A stretch of DNA of 64,000 nucleotides from an uncultured Actinomycetes bacterium (GTDB lineage Bacteria; Actinomycetota; UBA4738; HRBIN12), in the NCBI GenBank assembly GCA_963778545.1, contig CAVZUW010000009.1:82069-146068 (forward strand), read 5' to 3'. Shown here in pieces: positions 9,078 through 19,158 of this stretch (position 1 is its first letter; the number at the start of each line of letters is the position of its first letter). The notes under the pieces are model-generated. The model made no database searches. It saw only the letters and a list, made by a program, of their open reading frames with translations, and was not told where the DNA came from. The position numbers were made by a program, and so were the translations under genes.

Positions 9078-10250
9078 GTGGAGACCGCGGTCATCCTCGA
9101 GGGCGCACGCACGCCGATCGGCCGCTTCCTCGGTTCGTTCGCGGAGCTGCCGGCCGTCGACCTCGGCGTGCTCGCCGCCGAGGAGGCGATGCGTCGATCG
9201 GCGGTGGAGCCCGACCGGATCGACCAGACGATCCTGGGTCACGCTCGGCAGGCGGGCAACGGCCCGAACACCGGCCGCCAGGTGAGCGTTCGAGCCGGGG
9301 TGCCCGTCGAGGTCTCCGCCTACAACGTGAACATCGCGTGCGGTTCGGGGATGAAGGCGGTGCAGCTCGGGTCGCAGCAGATCGCGCTCGGCGACTCCGA
9401 GGTCGTGCTGACGGGCGGCATGGAGAACATGACCCGGGTCCCGTTCCTGCTCGACCGCATGCGCACCGGGTACCGGTTGGGCGACGCACAGGTCTACGAC
9501 GCGATGTACCGCGACGGGCTGCTCGACCCGCTGTGCGGGCTGCTCATGGGCGAGACGGCCGAGAACCTCGTCGATCGCTACGGCCTGTCGCGAACCGAGC
9601 AGGACGAGTTCGCGCTCGAGTCGCAGCACAAGGCCGCCGCCGGGGCCAAGGCGCGCGCCGCGGAGCTGTTCGCGGTCGATGCGCCGTCAGGCAAGGACAT
9701 CCTCACCGTGACCGAGGACGAGCACCCTCGGCCGGACACGACGCTCGAGGGCCTCGCGCGGCTGAAGCCCGTGTTCCGCGAGGGCGGCAGCGTCACGGCC
9801 GGCAACGCCAGCGGCATCACGGACGGCGCCGCGGCGATGGTGCTGATGTCGGCGTCACGCGCCGAGGCCGAGGGACGAGAGCCACTCGCGCGCATCATCG
9901 GGATGTCGTGGGCCGGCGTGCCGCCCGAAGTCATGGGGATCGGCCCGGTGCCCGCCACCAAGAAGGTGCTCGAGAAGACGGGGCTCTCGCTCGCCGACAT
10001 CGACCTGATCGAGATCAACGAGGCGTTCGCCGCGCAGGTGCTCGCCTGCGAGCGCGAGCTGAAGTTCGACCGCGACCGGCTGAACGTGCACGGCGGCGGG
10101 ATCTCGCTCGGCCACCCGATCGGGATGAGCGGAGCCCGCATCATCCTCTCGCTCGCCTACGCGATGCGCTCGCGCGGCGTCGCGCTCGGCCTGGCCACGC
10201 TGTGCATCTCCGGGGGCCAGGGCCTCGCCGTCGTGCTGGAGCGGGCGTGA
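9078..10250 (+). CDS. acetyl-CoA C-acetyltransferase (thiolase II)
   Basis: 390 aa with NIACGSGMKAV (active Cys), NEAFAAQ, GGGISLGHPIGMSGARI and CISGGQG. TAGACT lies 7 nt upstream of GTG 9078. Confidence 0.9.
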   Translation: METAVILEGARTPIGRFLGSFAELPAVDLGVLAAEEAMRRSAVEPDRIDQTILGHARQAGNGPNTGRQVSVRAGVPVEVSAYNVNIACGSGMKAVQLGSQQIALGDSEVVLTGGMENMTRVPFLLDRMRTGYRLGDAQVYDAMYRDGLLDPLCGLLMGETAENLVDRYGLSRTEQDEFALESQHKAAAGAKARAAELFAVDAPSGKDILTVTEDEHPRPDTTLEGLARLKPVFREGGSVTAGNASGITDGAAAMVLMSASRAEAEGREPLARIIGMSWAGVPPEVMGIGPVPATKKVLEKTGLSLADIDLIEINEAFAAQVLACERELKFDRDRLNVHGGGISLGHPIGMSGARIILSLAYAMRSRGVALGLATLCISGGQGLAVVLERA

Positions 10251-10275
10251 CCGCGTCGATGAAGGTCGTGAGCCG

Positions 10276-10569
10276 ATGAGCGTGCATGCCGTCGTCCTGA
10301 TCGAGTGTGAGATCGACGGGATCCCCGAGGCCGCGCAGGCGATCGCCGATCTCGAGGGTGTCTCCGAGGTCTACTCGGTCGCCGGCGAGTTCGACCTGGT
10401 CGCGATCGTGCGCGTCGCGAACCACGACGACCTCGCATCGGTGATCCCCGGCGGGATCTCGAAGGTCGATGGCGTCGCCAGGACCGAGACGCTCATCGCG
10501 TTCCAGGTGTACTCGAAGCACGATCTCGAGCGCCTGTTCTCGATCGGGTTCGACGAGAGCCCGTCCTAG
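10276..10569 (+). CDS. Lrp/AsnC ligand-binding-domain-only protein
   Basis: 97 aa (VVLIECE...VSEVYSVAGEFDLVAIVRV...) matching the RAM/AsnC effector domain without an HTH. Confidence 0.65.
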   Translation: MSVHAVVLIECEIDGIPEAAQAIADLEGVSEVYSVAGEFDLVAIVRVANHDDLASVIPGGISKVDGVARTETLIAFQVYSKHDLERLFSIGFDESPS

Positions 10570-10593
10570 CTCAGTCCGCGTCAGTCTCGCAGC

Positions 10594-10950
10594 TCAGTTT
10601 GGGGGCAGGTCGATCGCCACCGCGCGAGCGGTGCGGGCCCACGCCGTCAGGTCGTCCGGATCTCGCGGGCCGTACTTGTCCAGGAGCAACCGTCGCGAGA
10701 GCGCGTCCTCGTCGGGATCGTCGACGAGCCGCCCCTGGCAGATCAGGTCCCGGTCGCCGAGCCGGAGGCCGACGGTGGGATCGGCGCGGAGGTTCTTCAC
10801 CCAGTCGCTCTCCTCGCTGCCACCGGCGAGCAGGTACACGACGTCGCCGTGCAGCGCGAACCAGATCTCGATCGTGTGGGGGCTCCCCGAACGCCGTCCC
10901 TTCGTCGTGAGGTAGCAGTGGTCCAGCGCAGCCAGGGCGTCCGGCTCCAC
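10594..10950 (-). CDS. nitroreductase/deazaflavin (F420H2)-dependent oxidoreductase family protein
   Basis: 118 aa (LTTKGRRSGSPHTIEIWFALHGDVVYLLAGGSEESDWVKNLRADP) resembling the Ddn-like split-barrel family. GTG start directly abuts the stop of the upstream micro-ORF. Confidence 0.7.
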   Translation of the reverse strand: MEPDALAALDHCYLTTKGRRSGSPHTIEIWFALHGDVVYLLAGGSEESDWVKNLRADPTVGLRLGDRDLICQGRLVDDPDEDALSRRLLLDKYGPRDPDDLTAWARTARAVAIDLPPN

Positions 10951-11043
10951 CTACGAGACGGCCCACACGATCAGGGCGACGATCACGGCCACCCCGATCG
11001 CGAAGAAGAGCAGGTCGCCGCGCTTGAGCTTGCCGGGCTGCAT
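10951..11043 (-). CDS. possible 30-aa single-pass membrane peptide
   Basis: MQPGKLKRGDLLFFAIGVAVIVALIVWAVS. Its TAG stop is immediately followed by the GTG of the next gene. No RBS was seen, so this is weak. Confidence 0.3.
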   Translation of the reverse strand: MQPGKLKRGDLLFFAIGVAVIVALIVWAVS

Positions 11044-11059
11044 CGCGTTGAACCCCACG

Positions 11060-11291
11060 TCACGCCTCCTCGGCGAGCCGGTAGATCTCGCGGAACCGCG
11101 GCTCCGACAACCAGGCGATGTGCTGGCGGACGGTCGAGGCGAACGTCCCCGCCTCCGGTCTCGTCGCGACAGGCCCGAACCGAGACCTCGTGTCCCCGCG
11201 GATCGACGATCGCGACGCTCCACGACCCCTTCCGCTCGCGGACCCGGACCGAATACCCGTTCCCGGCCTCGACCTCCGGAACGGCGGTCAC
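11060..11291 (-). CDS. small hypothetical protein (~77 aa), frame-broken near 11150-11165
   Basis: GTG 11291 has GGAGGGA 8 nt upstream. The N-terminus is MTAVPEVEAGNGYSVRVRERKGSWSVAIVDPRGHEVSVRACRDE. The sequence continues in another frame as EAGTFASTVRQHIAWLSEPRFREIYRLAEEA to the stop at 11060. Confidence 0.4.
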
Positions 11292-11295
11292 GCCC

Positions 11296-12033
11296 TCACG
11301 TCCCTCCGTGCGGACGCTCGAGCCGCTCTAGGTGTCCGCGGATCTCCGCGAGCACCGACTCGATATCGAGCACGAACTCCGGCTCGATGTCGGCGAGCTT
11401 CTCGAGCGCGTTCTCCAGCGTGTTCCCCGCGCTCTCGGCGTCGGTGAGCGCATCGACCAGCACCACCGCGTAGTCCGCCTGGAACGGCTTGCCGTCCCAG
11501 GGGCAGTGGCCCCCGTTCAGGATCACCTGTTCGGCGAGGAACTCGCGTCCGCACCGCCGGCACGTCCCCTTGATCTTCACGCGATCTCCCTTTGCGTCCC
11601 TGGCTGTGCCCGGCTGGGTCCCCGGCTGTTGCCCCGGTCGCTCCGGGAGCGGGCCGCGGGACGCCTGGATCAGTTCGACGAGCCGGTCTGCCAGCTCGAA
11701 CGGGTCGACCGGGCGCACGAACCACGCGTCCGCCCCGGACCACCGAGCGAGCCAGGCGTCGTGCTTGCGCTCGAGCACGATCACGATCGGGCCACGGTAC
11801 GGCTCGGCCGCGCCACGCAGGTCCCTCGCCATCGCGAACGCGCCCGCCCGGGACGCGATCTCGTCGGCGACCACCGCGTCGGGGTGCTCGCGGAGCCCGA
11901 TGCGGGCGGCCTGCTCGCCGTTGGCCGCTTCCAGGAACGAGACGGGTTCGCCGAGGCGGCGTTCGATGCTCCCGACCGCGATGCGGAACAGGTCTCGTGC
12001 CTCGGCGTCGGGAGACACGAGGAGGACCTTCAC
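11296..12033 (-). CDS. divergent receiver (REC) domain protein with C-terminal zinc-ribbon/coiled tail
   Basis: VKVLLVSPDAEARD...PDAVVADEI...FVRPVDPFEL is REC-like, followed by TCRRCGREFLAEQVILNGGHCPWDG. TAGGAT lies 7 nt upstream of GTG 12033. The longest-ORF ATG 12042 overlaps that box. Residues upstream in ORF 11296..12822 are shadow. Confidence 0.65.
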   Translation of the reverse strand: MKVLLVSPDAEARDLFRIAVGSIERRLGEPVSFLEAANGEQAARIGLREHPDAVVADEIASRAGAFAMARDLRGAAEPYRGPIVIVLERKHDAWLARWSGADAWFVRPVDPFELADRLVELIQASRGPLPERPGQQPGTQPGTARDAKGDRVKIKGTCRRCGREFLAEQVILNGGHCPWDGKPFQADYAVVLVDALTDAESAGNTLENALEKLADIEPEFVLDIESVLAEIRGHLERLERPHGGT

Positions 12034-12040
12034 GCCGCGC

Positions 12041-12046
12041 ATCCTA
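12041..12046 (-). promoter_or_regulatory. extended -10-like box TGaTAGGAT, 7 nt before GTG 12033
   Basis: The minus strand reads TTGATAGGATgcgcggcGTG. Confidence 0.4.
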
Positions 12047-12130
12047 TCAACCGCTGCTGCGCCGTTGAGCCGACCTCCGCGCCCCGCTATCGTCGGGCGG
12101 GTCCGGGCAGCCGAGTGCGAGGAGGCGGAC

Positions 12131-12817
12131 GTGGAGAGCACGGGCAAGGCGGCGGTGGCGGAGTTCGTGGCGACGTTCGCGCTGATCTTCATCGGCGCGG
12201 GAGCCGTGGTCGCGGTGAGTCTCGGGCTCGATCTGACCGGCGTGGCGCTCGCGCACGGTCTGGTGCTCGCGATCATGGTCTCGATCACGGCGCATATCTC
12301 GGGGGGCCTGGTGAACCCCGCCGTCACGATCGGCCTGTGGGTCGCCGGCAAGATCCCCTCCCAGCGCGCCGTCATCCTGATCGGTGCGCAGTTCCTCGGC
12401 GCGGTGGCGGGCGCGTACCTGCTCAAGTACCTGGTCCCGACGGCCGTGTACGACGCCGGTGGCGGCGGAACACCTGCGCTGGCGCAGGACATCGCCTCCG
12501 GCAAGGGCATCGTGATCGAGGCCACGACGACGTTCTTCCTCGTGTTCGCGGTGTTCGGAACCGCGGTCGATCCGCGCGGCCCCTGGTCGAAGACCGCGGG
12601 GCTCACGATCGGGCTCGTGATCGCGTTCGACATCATGGCGTTCGGTCCGTACACCGGTGCGGCGATGAACCCCGCACGCTGGTTCGGTCCGGCGCTCGCC
12701 TCGGGAAGCTGGGCCAACTGGTTCGTCTGGATCATCGGTCCCGTCGCCGGCGGCATCATCGCGGCGGTCCTGTACGCCACGGTGTTCCTCAAGGACCGCG
12801 AGCCGGCAACACCCTGA
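12131..12817 (+). CDS. MIP-family aquaporin/glycerol facilitator
   Basis: Two NPA boxes (GGLVNPAVT, AAMNPARW) and six hydrophobic helices. GAGGAGG lies upstream of GTG 12131. Confidence 0.9.
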   Translation: MESTGKAAVAEFVATFALIFIGAGAVVAVSLGLDLTGVALAHGLVLAIMVSITAHISGGLVNPAVTIGLWVAGKIPSQRAVILIGAQFLGAVAGAYLLKYLVPTAVYDAGGGGTPALAQDIASGKGIVIEATTTFFLVFAVFGTAVDPRGPWSKTAGLTIGLVIAFDIMAFGPYTGAAMNPARWFGPALASGSWANWFVWIIGPVAGGIIAAVLYATVFLKDREPATP

Positions 12818-12845
12818 CGCACCCCATCGACGGTGCGCCCGTATC

Positions 12846-14051
12846 ATGAGGGCGTTCCCCATGGTGACCACGAGCACCTACCTGGATCACGCGTCCGCGA
12901 CGCCGCTGGACGAGCGCGCGCGAGCGGCGTTGCTCGCCGCGCTCGACGAGTTCGCGGACCCGCTCCGCGTGCACGGGGACGGCCTGGCGGCCCGCCGGCT
13001 GCTCGACGACGCGCGGGCGACCGTCGCGGAGGGCTCGGCGCCCAGCCCGACGAGATCGTGTTCACGAGCGGCGGGACCGAGTCGGTGGCGCTCGCGATCT
13101 GGGGCGGCGTCCGGCCGGTCCGCGAGCTCGGGACCCGCGTGGTCACCACGACGGTCGAGCACCCCGCGGTGGGCGGCGTGCTGAACACGCTCGAGACCGA
13201 CGGGTTCGAGTCGGTGCTGGTCCCGGTCGACGGCAACGGCTCGGTCGACCTCGACGCGTTCGCCGCCGAGATCCGCCGCCCGGGCACGCTCCTCGCGTCG
13301 GTGCACCATGCGAACCACGAGGTCGGGACGATCCAGCCGATCGCCGAGTGCGCCCGCCTGTGCCGCGAGGCGCGGCGTGCTGTTCCACACCGACGCCTGC
13401 CAGACCGTCGGGCATCTGCCCGTCGACGCGGTCGCGCTCGACGTCGACCTGCTGTCGATCTCGGGGCACAAGTTCGGGGGGCCGCCGGGGATCGGGGCCC
13501 TCTACGTCCGCCGAGGCGTGCCGATCGCCGCGTACCCCTGCGGGGACGACCGCGAGCGCCGCCGTCGTTCGGGCGTGGAGAACGTCCCGGGCGTCGCCGC
13601 GATGGCCGCGGCGCTCGAGGCTCGTCTGGAGGGCATGGGCGACGAGGCGGCCCGGGAGTGGGCGCTCACCGACACGCTCCGCGCCGGCATCGCCGAACAC
13701 GTCGAGGGCGCCAGGGTGCACGGTCACGCCACCCAGCGGGTCCCGCACCTCGTGTGCTTCTCGGTCCCGGACCTGGACGCCGAGATCATGAGCATGGCGC
13801 TCGACGACCGCGGGTTCCGGATCGCCGCCGGGTCGAACTGCTCGGGCGCGGCCGGCGAGGCGTCGTCGGTCCTCGAGCACATGGGCGTCGCCTCGACGAC
13901 GAGCTTCCGCATCGGCGTCGGGCCGGACACGACCGAGGACGACGCGGAGCGGCTGCTCGCGACGCTCCCGAGCCTGGTGTCCGAGCTGCGCCGGGTGCGT
14001 TCGGCGGCCGACGCCGCGATGGCGCGGTTCCGTTCCGCCGACGATCGCTGA
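12846..14051 (+). CDS. NifS/IscS-like cysteine desulfurase (PLP, class V), two frame breaks (~13030 and ~13375)
   Basis: Three segments lie in frames 0/2/0: YLDHASATPL..., then GLGAQPDEIVFTSGGTES...HHANHEVGTIQPI, then GVLFHTDACQ...SISGHKFGGPPGIGALY...GSNCSG. The start may instead be ATG 12861. Confidence 0.8.
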
Positions 14052-14073
14052 ACCGGACGGCTCCCGCGTCCGG

Positions 14074-15144
14074 CTAGGACACGGTCCAGGTGTCGCCGGA
14101 GTGCAGCAGCTTGTCGAGGCTGCCCGGCCCGAGGCGTTCGACCGCGCTCTCGATCTGTGCGGTCATGGCCTCGCCGTAGACGGGCCGCTCGACCTCGCGG
14201 AACACGCCGATGCAGGTGGGCTCGTTCGGCCCGCGCGACAGGTGCGCGAGCGCGAACGCGAGCGACGGCCTGCCCTTCGCGTCGTGCGCCACGACCGCCT
14301 CGGGCGGCGTACTCGCCGTCTCGGTGATGACGAGCCGGCCGTTCTCCCCGACCGAGACGCACCGGTTGCCCTCGTCGAACACGATCGGCTCGCCGTCGTC
14401 CAGGCGGATCTGGTTGTGGGTCCCCTGCTGCTTCTCGCGGAGCAGGTCGAACGCGCCGTCGTTGAACACGTTGCAGTTCTGGTAGATCTCGACGAACGCG
14501 CTCCCCCGGTGCGTCGCCGCCTGTCGCAAGACCTGGGTCAGGTGCTGCCGGTCGTTGTCCATCGTGCGGGCCACGAAGGTCGCCTCCGCGCCGAGCGCCA
14601 GCGCGATCGGGTTGAACGGGTGGTCGACCGAGCCGAACGGCGTCGACTTGGTGACCTTGCCCTCCTCCGAGGTCGGCGAGTACTGGCCCTTCGTCAGCCC
14701 GTAGATCTGGTTGTTGAACAACAGGATCTTCAGGTTCACGTTGCGGCGGAGGGCGTGGATCAGGTGGTTACCGCCGATCGACAGCCCGTCGCCGTCGCCG
14801 GTGATCACCCAGACCGACAGGTCCGGCCTGGCGGTCGCGATCCCGGTGGCGAGCGCCGGCGCGCGACCGTGGATGCCGTGCACGCCGTACGTATCCATGT
14901 AGTACGTGAACCGCCCCGAGCAGCCGATCCCCGAGACGAACACCGTGTTGTCGGGCGCGATCCCGAGCTCGGGCATGAACCCCTGCACCGTCGACAGGAT
15001 CGCGTAGTCCCCGCAGCCCGGGCACCAGCGCACCTCCTGGTCGCTGGTGAAGTCCTTCTTGGTCAGCGTCCCGACCGCGCCGCCACCGTCGCCGGTCGCC
15101 GAGCCGCCGTTGCCGTTCGTCGTTCCGTTGTCCACGTCACTCAC
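14074..15144 (-). CDS. korB: 2-oxoacid:ferredoxin oxidoreductase beta subunit (2-oxoglutarate type)
   Basis: 356 aa with WCPGCGDY, GIGCSGR, the TPP motif VITGDGDGLSIGGNH and NNQIYGLTKGQ. Confidence 0.9.
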   Translation of the reverse strand: MSDVDNGTTNGNGGSATGDGGGAVGTLTKKDFTSDQEVRWCPGCGDYAILSTVQGFMPELGIAPDNTVFVSGIGCSGRFTYYMDTYGVHGIHGRAPALATGIATARPDLSVWVITGDGDGLSIGGNHLIHALRRNVNLKILLFNNQIYGLTKGQYSPTSEEGKVTKSTPFGSVDHPFNPIALALGAEATFVARTMDNDRQHLTQVLRQAATHRGSAFVEIYQNCNVFNDGAFDLLREKQQGTHNQIRLDDGEPIVFDEGNRCVSVGENGRLVITETASTPPEAVVAHDAKGRPSLAFALAHLSRGPNEPTCIGVFREVERPVYGEAMTAQIESAVERLGPGSLDKLLHSGDTWTVS

Positions 15145-16982
15145 CGTCCATCACCTTGAGGATCTCGACCTCCAGCTCCTCCGCGAAGATCGGCTGGCCC
15201 TGCACCTTCGAGAAGCTCTTCGCGTCGACCAGGTGCTCCGAGCGGATCAGCATCGAGAGCTGGCCCGTGTTGATCTCGGGGATCAGCACCTTCGCGTACC
15301 GCTTCACGACCTCCCCGGTGTTGGCCGGCATCGGGTTCAGGTGCACCAGGTGCGCCGTCGCGACCTTGCGGCCCCCGTTCGCGGACGCGCCTGGCGGCCG
15401 CGAGGATCGTCCCGTAGGTCGAACCCCAGCCGAGCACCAGGAACTCCGCGTCCCCGTCCGGATCCTCGACCTCGAGCGGCGGGATGTCGTCGACGATCTT
15501 CGCGACCTTGGCCGCACGGAGCTCGGTCATGCGCTCGTGGTTCTCGGGGTCGTAGCTGATGTCCCCGGTCCCGTCTTCCTTCTCGAGCCCGCCGATCCGG
15601 TGCCGCAGGCCCGGCGTCCCCGGGATCGCCCACGGCCGCGCGAGCTTCTCGTCGCGCAGGTAGGGCAGGAACTCCTGTCCGGCGTTGGGGCCGGTCGCGA
15701 ACGCCGGGTCGATCGTCGGGATGCTCTCGACGTCCGGGAGCTTCCACGGCTCGGACGAGTTCGCGAGGAACGTGTCGGAAAGCAGGATCACGGGCGTCCG
15801 GTACGTGATCGCGATCCGCGCGGCCTCGATCGCCGCGTCGAAGCAGTGCGCCGATGAACGCGCCGCGACGATCGGCATCGGCGACTCGCCGTGACGGCCG
15901 AACAGCGCGAGCAGCAGGTCCGCCTGCTCGGTCTTGGTCGGCATCCCGGTCGAGGGGCCGGCGCGCTGGACGTCGACGATCACCATCGGCAGCTCGAGCA
16001 TCACGGCCAGCCCGAGCGTCTCGGCCTTCAGGTCCATCCCGGGACCGCTGGTCCCGGTCACGCCGAGGTCGCCGGCGAACGCGGCGCCGAGCGCGACGTT
16101 GGCCGCCGCGATCTCGTCCTCGGCCTGCAGGGTCATCACGTTGAAGTTCTTGAGCCTGGAGAGCTCGTGGAGCAGCTCCGAGGCGGGCGTGATCGGGTAG
16201 CTCGCGTAGAACAGCTGGAGGCCGCTCCGCTCGGCCGCCGCGACGAGGCCCCACGCGAGCGCCTGCGCGCCGGAGATGTTGCGGTAGATGCCCGGCTCGG
16301 CCGGCGCCGGCTTGACCTCGTACGAGGTCGCGAACAGCTCGGTGGTCTCGCCGAAGTTGTAGCCGGCCTTGAAGGCGGCCGCGTTCGCGTCGTACAGCTG
16401 CGCCTTGTCGCCGAACTTCTTGTGCAGCCAGTTGAGGGTGACGTCGGTCGGCCGCCCGTACATCCACGACACGAGCCCGAGCGCGAACATGTTCTTCGAG
16501 CGCTCGGCCTCCTTGCGCGTGAGCCCGAGCTCCTCGACGGCGCGGACCGTGATCGAGGTCATCGGGACCCGGTACACCTGGAAGCCGTCGAGCGCCCCGT
16601 CGGAGAGCGGGTCGGAGGCGTACCCGGCCTTCTGCAGGTTCCGCTCGGTGAACGCGTCCTCGTTCACGATGATCGTGCCGCCCTTCTCCACCGAGCCGAG
16701 CTCGGCCTTCAGGGCGGCTGGGTTCATCGCGACCAGGACGTCCGGGTGGTCGCCGGGCGTCAGGATGTCGGTGGACGCGAACTGGATCTGGAACGCCGAG
16801 ACCCCATGGACGGTGCCGGCCGGTGCCCGGATCTCGGCCGGGAAGTCCGGCATCGTCGCGAGGTCGTTGCCCAGGACCGCGGTGGCATTGGTGAACCGGT
16901 CACCCGTCAGCTGCATCCCGTCGCCGGAGTCGCCGGCGAACCGGATGACGACGCGCTGCTTCTCCTCGACCTGCTTGGTCAT
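15137..16982 (-). CDS. korA: 2-oxoacid:ferredoxin oxidoreductase alpha subunit, frame-broken at the C5 run 15372-15376
   Basis: ORF 15141..16982 reads well to ...GSTYGTILAAARRVRERG. The conserved tail RKVATAHLVHLNPMPANTGEVVKRYAKVLIPEINTGQL...VMDGE is in the ORF 15137..15517 frame. Removing one C (G on the coding strand) restores it. Overlaps the korB start by 8 nt. Confidence 0.85.
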
Positions 16983-17134
16983 CGTCGCCGGGCGTGGCCC
17001 GGCCCGCCTCCTTCGTTCGGATCGGATCGTGGGGACCGTTGCACATCTAGCGTACCGCGCACCTGAGGACCGGACAGGTCCAGCCGCTAGATTGGGGTGG
17101 GGCCGGGCGGCTCCAACGACGAGGAGCGACGCAC

Positions 17135-18082
17135 ATGCGCAGGAAGGGGTTGGGTTCCAGGGGTCCGGAGGTGTCCGTGATCGGGTTCGGGGCCTGGGAG
17201 GCGGGCGGCGGATCCGAATGGGGCGAGTCGCCCCCCGAGGAACGGGTGCTCGAGGCGATCCGGACGGTGTTCGAGACGGGGATCGACTGGATCGACACCG
17301 CCGAGGTCTACGGCCGGGGCCGCTCCGAGGAGCTCGTGGGACGGGCCGTCGAGGGGCGGCGTGACGAGATCTCGATCTTCACGAAGGTCGCCCCGCAGCC
17401 CGACGGGTCGGGGTTCCGGGCGGCCCAGGTGCGTTCGGCGTGCGAGGCGAGCCTGCGGCGGCTCGGGACCGACCACATCGACCTGTACCAGCTCCACTGG
17501 CCGGACGAGCGCGGGACCCCGGTCGAGGAGACCTGGGGCGCGATGACCGAGCTGATGGACGACGGCCTCGTCCGGTTCATCGGGGTGTCGAACTTCGACC
17601 GCGACCTGATCGAACGGTGCGAGGCGATCCGGCACGTCGACTCGTTGCAGCAGGAGTTCTCGATGCTCCGGCTGGAGGACCGCGACCTGATCCGGTGGTG
17701 CGGCGAGCAGGGCACGGGCGTGCTGTCGTACGGCCCGCTCGCCTACGGGCTGCTCACGGGCGCGATCACGTCCGAGACGCGGTTCGACCGGGGCGACTTC
17801 CGCGGCGGCGACGAGGAGGGCGGCTCGCTGTTCGTCGCGGGCAACCGGGAGCGCAACCTCGCCCTCGTCGAGGCCCTCCGGCCGATCGCGGAGCGGCTCG
17901 GGATCACGCTCGCCCAGCTCGCGCTGGCGTGGAACGTCGCGCAGCCGGGGGTGACCGCCGCGATCGCGGGCAGCCGCAACCCCGACCACGTGCGTTCGAA
18001 CGCCGCGGCCGGCGACATCGTCCTGGACGGGGCGACCCTGTCCGAGCTCGACGCGATAGTCTCCCGAACCGCTTCCGGGTAA
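17135..18082 (+). CDS. aldo/keto reductase
   Basis: 315 aa with IGFGAWEAGG, IDTAEVYGRGRSEE, DLYQLHWPD and GVSNF. Confidence 0.85.
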   Translation: MRRKGLGSRGPEVSVIGFGAWEAGGGSEWGESPPEERVLEAIRTVFETGIDWIDTAEVYGRGRSEELVGRAVEGRRDEISIFTKVAPQPDGSGFRAAQVRSACEASLRRLGTDHIDLYQLHWPDERGTPVEETWGAMTELMDDGLVRFIGVSNFDRDLIERCEAIRHVDSLQQEFSMLRLEDRDLIRWCGEQGTGVLSYGPLAYGLLTGAITSETRFDRGDFRGGDEEGGSLFVAGNRERNLALVEALRPIAERLGITLAQLALAWNVAQPGVTAAIAGSRNPDHVRSNAAAGDIVLDGATLSELDAIVSRTASG

Positions 18083-18107
18083 CACGGACCCAACGAGGGA
18101 ATCTGCC

Positions 18108-19136
18108 ATGGCCTACCGACGCATCGTGGTCGCGACCGACGGTTCGGCATCCGCCGAGACCGCCGAGCACGTGGCCGCCACGCTCGCGGCGGCCCTCGGG
18201 GCCAAGCTGACGATCGCTCACGCCTACGCGAACCCCGATCGGGCCGGCGACGCCGTCGAGCGCGCCGAGAAGATCGCCGAACGCGAGGGGGCCCTCCACG
18301 AGGTCGCGCTCTCGGCCGAGGCCCCGGCCGACGCGATCTTGATGACCGCCTCCCAGACCGACACCGAGCTGATCGTGATCGGGAGCACGGGGCTCTCGGC
18401 CTCCGAGCAGCTCTTCGGCAGCGTGTCGCGCCGGGTCGTGACCCACGCGCCGTCGGACGTGCTGCTCACCCGAGCCCGGCCCGACGACCAGCGGCCGCAC
18501 GGAGCCCCGCCCTACCGGCGCCTGCTGATCGCGACCGACGGCTCGTCGACGGCCGACCGGGCGGCGCGCAAGGGATACGCCCTCGCGAAGCGGCTCAAGG
18601 CCTCGGTCACGCTGCTGTTCGTGGGTCACCCCAAGACGGGCGAGCTCGTCCTGCAGGACACCGTGTCCTCGATCGGCGACGAGGCCGGCGTCACGTCGGC
18701 GATCGAGATCCGCACGGGCGACCCCTCCGACGAGATCGTCGACGCGGCCGCGAGCGAGGGCTACGACCTCGTCGTCATCGGCAACCGGGGCCTCACCGGG
18801 GCCAAGGCCGCCCTGCTCGGTTCGGTCCCGCGCGACGTGGCCGAGACCGCCCCGTGCGACGTCCTGGTCGCGCGGACCGTCGCCCAGAGCCTGGCGGAGA
18901 TCGAGCCCGGCGAGGGCGGCATCGTCAAGTCGGCCGACCACAAGGTGGCGGTCTACCGGGACAAGAAAGGCAACGTCACGACGATGTCGGCCAAGTGCAC
19001 GCACGCCGGATGCACGGTGAAGTGGGACGCGTCCGAGCACGGCTGGCTGTGCCCGTGCCACGGCTCCCGGTACTCGGCCACCGGCCAGGTGGTGGCCGGA
19101 CCGGCCGAACACCCGCTCGCGCCCACCGACCTGTAG
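18108..19136 (+). CDS. tandem universal-stress-protein (USP) domains fused to a C-terminal Rieske [2Fe-2S] domain
   Basis: RIVVATDGS...LIVIGSTG...VVTHAPSDVLL occurs twice (the second copy is LLIATDGS...LVVIGNRG...CDVLV). The tail has CTHAGC...CPCHGS, the Rieske ligand pattern. Confidence 0.8.
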   Translation: MAYRRIVVATDGSASAETAEHVAATLAAALGAKLTIAHAYANPDRAGDAVERAEKIAEREGALHEVALSAEAPADAILMTASQTDTELIVIGSTGLSASEQLFGSVSRRVVTHAPSDVLLTRARPDDQRPHGAPPYRRLLIATDGSSTADRAARKGYALAKRLKASVTLLFVGHPKTGELVLQDTVSSIGDEAGVTSAIEIRTGDPSDEIVDAAASEGYDLVVIGNRGLTGAKAALLGSVPRDVAETAPCDVLVARTVAQSLAEIEPGEGGIVKSADHKVAVYRDKKGNVTTMSAKCTHAGCTVKWDASEHGWLCPCHGSRYSATGQVVAGPAEHPLAPTDL

Positions 19137-19138
19137 CC

Positions 19139-19158
19139 GGCCGGCCAGAAGGCCGGCC
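19139..19158. terminator. GC-only hairpin between convergent genes
   Basis: GGCCGGCC-agaa-GGCCGGCC lies 3 nt after the TAG of the USP-Rieske gene. There is no U tract. Confidence 0.4.
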
